Of a stretch of 64,000 bases of DNA, positions 29,798 to 36,958 are shown one piece after another. Below the pieces are notes generated by a model. It saw only the letters and a program-made list of their open reading frames with translations, was not told the DNA's origin and searched no databases. The translations under genes and the position numbers were made by a program. Source of the DNA: Planctomycetota bacterium (GTDB lineage: Bacteria > Planctomycetota > UBA1135 > UBA2386); contig CANMWZ010000003.1 of the NCBI GenBank assembly GCA_947501605.1, positions 11,746 through 75,745 on the forward strand. Reading direction: 5' to 3'. Position 1 is the stretch's first letter. Each line of letters starts with the position of its first letter.

Positions 29798-31930
29798 GTG
29801 TCGGGGCGTCGATTGCCCAGGTGGAGGATGCCACGAATGGGCTTCGACACCGAGATCGATCGTCTGCTGCGTAACCAGGTCCATCTCGCCGAAAAGGGGG
29901 AAGTAAAGCCAGAAGCCGTACGCCAACAACTGATCGACCTTTGGCAGTTGGCCGGGCCGCGGGCGCCATCGGCGTTCTTGCTCGGCTACAGCAAAGTTCT
30001 GCTCGGGCTCGACCTTGGACCTGTGCCTGAAGGCAACCTGCGACGTTGGTTCGTGTTTGGCTGCATGCGTGCCCACGATCGCCGCGGCGAACGCAACTGG
30101 ATCGCGGACATGGTTCAAGATCCTGCGGCGCTGGCCGACCTGCTTGCGGATCCCGTGCTGGCAGCGCAAGTGCTTCCCCTGTGCGTGCGGACGCTTTTCT
30201 GGTGCGGCGACCTGAAGCTCGCACTGCGCGCAATCGAGTATCTGGCTGCCGACGCAACCTCCCCAGAACTGGCCTTGGTGGTGGATGCAGCGGTGACCGA
30301 CTTGCTCGCGCGGCTCGAAAAGCGAGAGGAAGGCGAGGACGAAGAAAGCACCGCATCCATCCTCGGAAAGGTCATGGGGATCGCGGGATTTGACCGCTTG
30401 CCGTCGGATGTGCGCGGTCGCTACCACAAGGCTCTGGCCGAACGTCTGCTCTTGGGCAGCGAGTGGGATTCGGCCGGACAACACGCAGTCGCTGCGGCGG
30501 CGCTGTCGACCGCCCAGTCGCGCATGCACAGTGCGTGCAACGCGGTGGCGGCTCTGGCTCATCTGCGGGTCCATCGCTTGGAGGACCTCGAGCCTCATGC
30601 AGATCGCAACGACCGGGAGCCAGCACTTGCACTTGTGCGACATGTCGAGAGTGAGACGGGAGAAGCCGCACCAACCGCCCACTTCCTGCGCGGCATCCTC
30701 GCCTACGAAACTGGTGATTACGCGGTCACGACCAGGAGTCTCGAAGCTGCGGTACATGGCATGCGTCGCCAAGATGGCCGCGACGAACAGATCGCCGATC
30801 GAGCCCGGTTCTTCTTGGCCGCATCGCTCCTGGCGCAGGGACTCCCGGAAGACTCGTCGCGGGCTCTCAAGCTCATGGAGCGTTCGCTCGACACCGTCAA
30901 ACCGGACCTCGAGACCTTCTACTCGGTACACGAAGCTCTGAAGAAACTGGATCGATCGATCGCCCTGCGATTTCTCGATCAGGTCGACATCGGTCGCGGC
31001 CGCTCCCCGGACCAATTGCTGATGGTCGCACTGGAGTACCTGTCGCTAGGGGAAGCGCCCAAGGCCCTGAGCGCGGCCGAGCGCGTCCTCGCGGTTGCCG
31101 TGGACCTGGACCAGCGGCTCGAGGCGATGCGGGCGATCCTGACTGCTCGAAACATGCAGGGACAGCGCGAGCAGGCGAGGTCGTGCTTCGCCGACATGCG
31201 TGACCTGCTGATGCAACGGGGCGCCTTCGATCAGCTGGAGAAGATGCTGCAGAACGAGGCCTTCGTCGGTCAGGCTCTCGATCATTTCGACATCAAGCTC
31301 GAACTCGCCAACCTCTACGAAGAGATGGAAGGGAAGGACTACGAGCGAGCCCAACTACAGATCGCGATCGCGCGATCATTCCGCGCCCGCAAGGAAGTCG
31401 AGTGCCTGCAGCAGGCCCACGGCTTGCTCCTGGAAGTGAGTTGCCATCATCCAGAGCTCGCGGCGGAAGACCTCCTCGCGATCGAACGGATGTTGGAGCT
31501 GAACGAGGCCTCTCCGGTCGATTCGGATGCTGGTGCAGCAGCTGGCAAGGCGCTCGGCAAGCAACTCGGCCACGCAGTCCGTGTCCTAGTGGTCGGCGGC
31601 AACGAGCGTCAGCGGCGGCATCACTCGAAATTCGTGGATCTGGCCACGCGCTGGGGACTCGAAGGCGAGTGGCTCGAGACCAACTACACTTCCCCGCAGA
31701 AGATCGTCGGGCAGATCGCCGATCGCATGCGTGCAGGCATCGACGTCTTGGTGCTGCTTCACTGGAATCGCCACGAGACCACGGAGCCAGCCCTCGAACT
31801 AGCGCGCAAGAGCGCGGTCCACGCGCGCACCGTCCACTATGCAGGATTCACGAGTCTGCAGGTCGCCCTCGGCGAGATGCTGCAGAAGCTCACACAACAG
31901 AAGCCTGCCAGAGTCGCCGCAAGAGCCTGA
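29798..31930 (+). CDS. Hypothetical protein (about 700 aa), TPR-like helical body with a small alpha/beta C-terminal module
   Basis: Long helical-repeat region. The C-terminal ~110 aa (VRVLVVGGNERQRRHHSKFVDLATRWGLEGEWLE...VLVLLHWNRHETTEPALELARKSAVHARTVHYAGFTSL) resembles the DUF2325 pattern from memory only. The start could be 29798, 29828 or 29837. Confidence 0.55.
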   Translation: MSGRRLPRWRMPRMGFDTEIDRLLRNQVHLAEKGEVKPEAVRQQLIDLWQLAGPRAPSAFLLGYSKVLLGLDLGPVPEGNLRRWFVFGCMRAHDRRGERNWIADMVQDPAALADLLADPVLAAQVLPLCVRTLFWCGDLKLALRAIEYLAADATSPELALVVDAAVTDLLARLEKREEGEDEESTASILGKVMGIAGFDRLPSDVRGRYHKALAERLLLGSEWDSAGQHAVAAAALSTAQSRMHSACNAVAALAHLRVHRLEDLEPHADRNDREPALALVRHVESETGEAAPTAHFLRGILAYETGDYAVTTRSLEAAVHGMRRQDGRDEQIADRARFFLAASLLAQGLPEDSSRALKLMERSLDTVKPDLETFYSVHEALKKLDRSIALRFLDQVDIGRGRSPDQLLMVALEYLSLGEAPKALSAAERVLAVAVDLDQRLEAMRAILTARNMQGQREQARSCFADMRDLLMQRGAFDQLEKMLQNEAFVGQALDHFDIKLELANLYEEMEGKDYERAQLQIAIARSFRARKEVECLQQAHGLLLEVSCHHPELAAEDLLAIERMLELNEASPVDSDAGAAAGKALGKQLGHAVRVLVVGGNERQRRHHSKFVDLATRWGLEGEWLETNYTSPQKIVGQIADRMRAGIDVLVLLHWNRHETTEPALELARKSAVHARTVHYAGFTSLQVALGEMLQKLTQQKPARVAARA

Positions 31931-31941
31931 ACGCACTAGCC

Positions 31942-31980
31942 GGTTGCCATCCTCTCGCGAGCGGGCAGGATCCAGCAACC
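31942..31980 (+). other. Stem-loop ending 1 nt before the qhpG start codon
   Basis: GGTTGC-C-ATCCT-(13-nt loop CTCGCGAGCGGGC)-AGGAT-CCA-GCAACC. It occupies the position where a ribosome-binding site would lie. Confidence 0.35.
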
Positions 31981-31981
31981 A

Positions 31982-33385
31982 ATGCGACGGCCCATCGATG
32001 ACGACAGCCTGCCCGCCAAAGTCGACTGCTTGATCGTCGGTGGCGGCCCCGCCGGTGCAGCCCTCGCCGGGTTGCTGGCACGCAGCGGCCACATGGTCTT
32101 GGTCGTGGACGACGGCGCGCTGCGAACAGGCTCTCCGCTCGAGACGTTGATGGCTTCCGCCTTGCAGTCGCTGGATCGCTGCGGCCTCGGGGAGATCGTT
32201 CGCGCGACCGCCGAAGTCGACCGCCGACGGCACGGCGCGCGGTGGGACGCCGACGAGGTTGCTTGGCGCGACGAGGGCCGCTCCGGCCTGTGCCTTCGCC
32301 GCGGAGTGTTTGATGACGGACTTCGCGACTGGGCCGTGAAGTGTGGAGCGCGCGTGCTTCGACCGGCAACGGCAGTGGAGCTACCAGATGGTGGTCAGGG
32401 CTCCGCCCGAATCCGAGTTGCAGGTCGCGACCTTTTCATCGAGGCGAACACGATCGCCATTGCGACCGGACGCCGGAGTGTCGCCGTGCTTGCCAGCGCA
32501 GAGATCGTTGAGCAGGGACCGCCGACCGCGGCGTTCGCGTTCCAGATCGAGGCCGAAAGCGAGACCGGAGCAGTGGCCATGGTGACGGCCGCGCCCGACG
32601 GCTGGTGCTGGTGGATCGGGGACGAGCGGGGTGGTGCGCGGCTGGTGGCGACTGTGGACGCAGACACGTTGGGCGAACCACTGCGCGCGGTCGTCGACCG
32701 CGTCCTCGAGTATGCCGGCAGTGCGTTCGGTGGCCGACGCGCAGCCGTACTCGAAACTGCCGTGCGGGCAACCTCTCGCCGCGCCACGACGCCGCGTGGC
32801 TATTGGCTGGTAGGTGACGCGGCGGCGACACTCGATCCGTTGGCAAGTCAGGGGACAGAGAAGGCCTTGGTCGGAGCCGAATCCGCAGCACTGGGGATTC
32901 GCACGGCTCTGGCGAACCCAGCGCTGCGAGGGCTCGCGATCGCCCAGCATCGCCGCTGGGAGCACGAGCTGTATCAGGCCCACGCGCGCACGACGGCGGC
33001 GTTCTATTCTCGCGTAGGTCGCTTCGCGGAGCGCCCGTTCTGGGCACGCAGGTCACAGCTACCGCCGTCGCCGAACTTCGGTGCGCTACCGCATCGCCTC
33101 GTTCGCGCACCGGATCTGCTCGAAGGCCCGATGCTGGTCCGCCACACCGAGGAACTGGTCTTGACGCCTGGGTTCGCGCGCTTGGCGGCGGAGCCGATCG
33201 CTCGCATCGGCCGCGTCACGGTGGCGCCGCTGCTGGCCGCATTTGCGCGTCCGCGCTCGGTCGCAGACGGGCTTGCCATCGCCGGACAAGACCCCAGGCT
33301 GTTCGTGATGGGCAGCGCCGTCGTGCGCGCCGCTGTCGTCGAACTCTGGCGAGCAGGCTTGCTCATCGCACCACAGATCGACTGA
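31982..33385 (+). CDS. qhpG: FAD-dependent monooxygenase, QhpG-like (CTQ tryptophan hydroxylase of the QHNDH system)
   Basis: N-terminal Rossmann motif VDCLIVGGGPAGAALAGLLARSGHMVLVVDDG, about 467 aa. Converges on qhpE with a 10-nt gap. The assignment rests mainly on context plus family fold. Confidence 0.7.
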   Translation: MRRPIDDDSLPAKVDCLIVGGGPAGAALAGLLARSGHMVLVVDDGALRTGSPLETLMASALQSLDRCGLGEIVRATAEVDRRRHGARWDADEVAWRDEGRSGLCLRRGVFDDGLRDWAVKCGARVLRPATAVELPDGGQGSARIRVAGRDLFIEANTIAIATGRRSVAVLASAEIVEQGPPTAAFAFQIEAESETGAVAMVTAAPDGWCWWIGDERGGARLVATVDADTLGEPLRAVVDRVLEYAGSAFGGRRAAVLETAVRATSRRATTPRGYWLVGDAAATLDPLASQGTEKALVGAESAALGIRTALANPALRGLAIAQHRRWEHELYQAHARTTAAFYSRVGRFAERPFWARRSQLPPSPNFGALPHRLVRAPDLLEGPMLVRHTEELVLTPGFARLAAEPIARIGRVTVAPLLAAFARPRSVADGLAIAGQDPRLFVMGSAVVRAAVVELWRAGLLIAPQID

Positions 33386-33395
33386 CCGCACTACC

Positions 33396-34064
33396 CTACG
33401 GCCGCAGAGATAGTGCGTTCGCCAGCATCCCGGACGTACGCGCAACCGCGAGGCTGCTGCCGTGAACGTGGGAGGGTGGCAAGCCCGGGACACCAGCCGG
33501 CGGGAAAGGCGACGCGAACCAGAACGAACCGGCGCCGACGCTCTGGAGCCGCGGCTGGGCCGCAGGCACGTTGCCATCGGCAACGACGAGTTCGAGTCCA
33601 CCAATGGCTGCAAGGGCGTTGGCTCGGCCGCACGGAAGAGCTGCCGGAACGACGATGCGCACGCCGCGATCAAGGAGGAACTTGGCGGCGTCCTTGAGCA
33701 GGGATTGCGCTTGCCGTGAGGCCCCGAAGTCGTCGTCGAAGCCAAGGCTGCAGTTGACGACGGCAACATCGGTCATCGCAATCTGACGCAACGCCGCCAC
33801 CAAGGCCCGAACCGAGCTTCGACCGGCGGCATCGAACACGCGCAGGGGCACGACAACCGCTCTCGGGCAGACACTCCACAGCGTCGTCGCAACCGCAGTT
33901 CCGTGTCCCAGTGGATCGCGAGGAATCGGCTCAGCGAAGGCGCCGCCGTCGGCGTCGATGTGCCAACCCGATTGGAGCGCGTAGCCGCGGCATCCGGGAT
34001 GGCCAGGATCGATGCCGCTGTCGACCAGGGCGATGCGCACCGGACGCGGGGCGATCTCAGACAT
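33396..34064 (-). CDS. qhpE: Small subtilisin-like (S8) serine protease, QhpE-like leader peptidase
   Basis: Catalytic triad contexts VDSGIDPGHPG (Asp), GHGTAVATT (His) and HGSSLAVARTSG (Ser). Start at ATG 34064, overlapping the qhpB stop by 8 nt. Confidence 0.8.
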   Translation of the reverse strand: MSEIAPRPVRIALVDSGIDPGHPGCRGYALQSGWHIDADGGAFAEPIPRDPLGHGTAVATTLWSVCPRAVVVPLRVFDAAGRSSVRALVAALRQIAMTDVAVVNCSLGFDDDFGASRQAQSLLKDAAKFLLDRGVRIVVPAALPCGRANALAAIGGLELVVADGNVPAAQPRLQSVGAGSFWFASPFPPAGVPGLPPSHVHGSSLAVARTSGMLANALSLRP

Positions 34065-35199
34065 CCAACATGTAGACCTGCCCCTGGATCTCGCCGTCGA
34101 ACTCGACCACGCGCAGGAGCTGGAAGGTGACGGCATCGAACACCTGGAAGTCACTGCCGGCGCCGCCGACGTAGACCTTGCTACCGTCCGGCGCGATCGC
34201 TGCCAGCGACTGCCGTGGACGGAACTCGGTCTGGAACTCACGCAGCTTCTTGCCATTCTCGAGGTCGTACAACTGGATGGTCGTCTTGCGGTCACTGCCG
34301 CCACCCCAGCCACCATTGCTCGACACAGTCAGTTTCGCATCCCGCGAAAGATAGGAACCGAACCCACTTGGTCCCTGACCCCACTCGACCATATCGGTGA
34401 TCTTCTTCTGCTGGAGGTCGATATCCACGTAGCCCCAACTCGAGCGGCTGTGCTGCACCGGGTCGCTGTACGAGCACAACATGCGGTACTTGTTCGGGTC
34501 TCTGCCAAACAGCAGATCCGTGCGGCGCAGTGAGATACGGCCCTGGCCGGCGAACTGTGGGGTGGCGAGATCGATCTTGCCCGTCTCCTTCAACGTCTTG
34601 GGGTCGACGATCTGCAGATTGCCGTCGCGGTCGAACACGTGCCATGAGAGGCCGTCGGGAGAGATCCGCGCACCGCGAGAGAGGATCTGCGGCATGCGCC
34701 GCATCTTGCGCACGATCTTTCGTTCGCCGACGTCGTAGAGCAACGTCTGCGCTGGCTGAAACTCATAGCGATCCACCAACTTCTTCACTCGATCGGTCTC
34801 GACGTACCATTGGGTCCCGCCGGGCAGTTCCGAAATGCTGCGCACGCGCACGATGACGCCTTCTTCACTGAAGTCGTGGACCGACGCCACCGCGCCCTGC
34901 TTGCAGTCGACGATCTCAACCTTGCGCTGCGTGTCCGTGATCACGGCGAAGTGCTGACGGTCGAACAACAGGGTCACGCCCCAGGACATGCCATTCTGGA
35001 GTTGGATCTTCTTCACCACCGTGTCGGTGACTGGATCGAACTCGACCATGAAATCGGGATACGCCGCGAACCAGAAGTGCGCGGCGGGTACCGCAGGCGC
35101 GGCAGCGACGGGGTCCTGCGGTGGCGCCGAAGTGCACGCACATGCAGCGACCGAAGCCAGGCCAGCCAGCAAGAACGCGGCGATCGTAGAACGCGTCAC
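34057..35199 (-). CDS. qhpB: QHNDH beta subunit (beta-propeller), QhpB
   Basis: GTG 35199 overlaps the qhpC stop (GTGA). Signal/lipobox-like TIAAFLLAGLASVAAC. Repetitive beta-strand pattern. The C-terminal ...KVYVGGAGSDFQVFDAVTFQLL resembles P. putida QhpB ...KLYLGGTFNDLAVFNPDTLEKV. Confidence 0.8.
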   Translation of the reverse strand: MTRSTIAAFLLAGLASVAACACTSAPPQDPVAAAPAVPAAHFWFAAYPDFMVEFDPVTDTVVKKIQLQNGMSWGVTLLFDRQHFAVITDTQRKVEIVDCKQGAVASVHDFSEEGVIVRVRSISELPGGTQWYVETDRVKKLVDRYEFQPAQTLLYDVGERKIVRKMRRMPQILSRGARISPDGLSWHVFDRDGNLQIVDPKTLKETGKIDLATPQFAGQGRISLRRTDLLFGRDPNKYRMLCSYSDPVQHSRSSWGYVDIDLQQKKITDMVEWGQGPSGFGSYLSRDAKLTVSSNGGWGGGSDRKTTIQLYDLENGKKLREFQTEFRPRQSLAAIAPDGSKVYVGGAGSDFQVFDAVTFQLLRVVEFDGEIQGQVYMLDV

Positions 35200-35528
35200 G
35201 GGAACACCAAATCGATGGACTTCCAGTCTTGCACGGGCGCGCCACACGAGGCGGTCCACTTCGGGAAGTTGGTGACGCCGTCTGGCACTTGCGCTGGCCA
35301 ATAGCAGGTGTGGTAGCAATCGTACAGGTCGCGCTCGATCGGCTGGCAGAGGCCGTGGACGCCGCCGCTGCTGTCGACTTCCCAGCCCGGAGCGAACACC
35401 GTCGTGCAACCATACGGATACTCCGTGGGCGGCGGATCCTGAGTCAACGGCATCAGGGCACCGCGCTGTTCGACGACGAGAGCCGCGATACGGCGCGCCT
35501 TTTGGTTGAGGGGGCGAACGTGTGTCAT
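35196..35528 (-). CDS. qhpC: QHNDH gamma subunit precursor (CTQ-bearing, thioether-crosslinked), QhpC
   Basis: 110 aa. The core GCTTVFAPGWEVDSSGGVHGLCQPIERDLYDCYHTCYWPAQVPD matches the conserved QhpC core, with all crosslink residues at the canonical spacing. The ATG overlaps the qhpD stop (ATGA). Confidence 0.9.
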   Translation of the reverse strand: MTHVRPLNQKARRIAALVVEQRGALMPLTQDPPPTEYPYGCTTVFAPGWEVDSSGGVHGLCQPIERDLYDCYHTCYWPAQVPDGVTNFPKWTASCGAPVQDWKSIDLVFP

Positions 35529-36958
35529 TGCGATTCGTACCTCGCGAAGAACTTGGGATCGTGCGCCATGATGCGCGCGTAAGCCTTCAGACCTTGGTCA
35601 ACGTGACCGCGGATCCAGTCGCAAGCATGCAGGTTCGCTTTGCGTGCGTCCCCGTGGCGCACGTGCGCCTCGTGGTAGCAGCCACCGGCGCACAGCGGCC
35701 GGGCAAAACAAGTCTTGCAGTCGGTCTTGCGATCAATGTGGGCCTGTTCGAGAAACGCCGTGCGGATCGACTCATCGACGCCCTTCTGCACCGTGCCGAC
35801 AGCGTGGCTCTTGGATTCGACGAAGCGATGACAGAGAGCCAGTTCGCCCTCGGTCGAGACCCCGAGCAAACCAAGGCCCGCGCCACACGGATGCGCTTTC
35901 TGGATGCCCTGGTGGAGTTCGCGCAGCAGATCGTTGAGGTTGGCAAAGCCGTGCGCGCGACCCGCAATCGCGGCGGTCACGAAGTCCTCGGTGAGCGTCG
36001 CAAACTCGGACAACATGCGATCGTAGGCTCCTGGAGACAGCTCGTAGCCCCGTCCCGGCGCCGCCGTCACCGGCGCGAATCCGACTTCTTCGAAGCCCAG
36101 GTCATCGGTGAGATACCGATAGGTGTCGAGCACCGAGCCGGCGTCGTGGGTCAGCGTCACGCGCGCCCCGATCGGACGTCCGCGTTCTCGTCGATTGGTT
36201 GCGATCAAGGTGCGGATGCGTGGCTCGATGTCGGCGAACGAGCCCTTGCCGCTCTTGTAGCGACGGTGGCGGTCTTGTTCCTTCTCGTCGCCATCGATCG
36301 AGATCGTGATGCCAAAGCGGTGGGCGACCAGGAACTTGATGACCTCATCCGTGAGCAGGGTCGCGTTGGTCGTCAGCGAGAAGTGAATTCGCTTCTGGTG
36401 CCGCAGTGCCTCGGCTTCGGCATAGTCGACCGCTGCAATGATCGTCTGGAAGTTCAGCAGCGTCTCGCCGCCGAAGAACGTGATCGTCAGAACCGAGCGT
36501 TCGCCGCTGCTGCGGATCAAGAAGTCGATCGACTGCTTGGCCGTCTCCGGCAACATCATCGCGCGCCCAGCCGGCGCATTGGCGGCGGTCAGCTTGTCGG
36601 CCCCGTACTCGTAACAATACGTGCAAGACAAGTTGCACTTGTTGGTGACGTTGAGCACCAGCGTCGCCAGCGGGAACGGCATCGGGGGCAGCGCCGCGCG
36701 CGGCGGCGAAGTCTCGCCATCTGGCCGCACGATGCCGAGGTCGATCAGGTCGCGCAGCGCCGCCTCGGCCTCGGGTTCCCCGAGTTCACGGAGAACCGTC
36801 ACCGGATCCGCCGGCTCCAAGAAGGCGGCTGCAAGCCGATCCGCCAACGCATCGACAGCGTGGATCGCCGCCGAATCCGTGAGGTAGAGATACGCGTTGC
36901 CACGGTCGTCGGTAACGCGATGGTGGAGGCCAGTGCGAAGCTTCATCGTTCTTCCCAT
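35525..36958 (-). CDS. qhpD: Radical SAM/SPASM maturase QhpD (thioether bond formation in QhpC)
   Basis: CNLSCTYCYEYG (Cx3Cx2C) and the SPASM cluster region CKTCFARPLCAGGCYHEAHVRHG. An alternative ATG at 36946 would overlap the qhpA stop as ATGA. Confidence 0.9.
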   Translation of the reverse strand: MGRTMKLRTGLHHRVTDDRGNAYLYLTDSAAIHAVDALADRLAAAFLEPADPVTVLRELGEPEAEAALRDLIDLGIVRPDGETSPPRAALPPMPFPLATLVLNVTNKCNLSCTYCYEYGADKLTAANAPAGRAMMLPETAKQSIDFLIRSSGERSVLTITFFGGETLLNFQTIIAAVDYAEAEALRHQKRIHFSLTTNATLLTDEVIKFLVAHRFGITISIDGDEKEQDRHRRYKSGKGSFADIEPRIRTLIATNRRERGRPIGARVTLTHDAGSVLDTYRYLTDDLGFEEVGFAPVTAAPGRGYELSPGAYDRMLSEFATLTEDFVTAAIAGRAHGFANLNDLLRELHQGIQKAHPCGAGLGLLGVSTEGELALCHRFVESKSHAVGTVQKGVDESIRTAFLEQAHIDRKTDCKTCFARPLCAGGCYHEAHVRHGDARKANLHACDWIRGHVDQGLKAYARIMAHDPKFFARYESQ

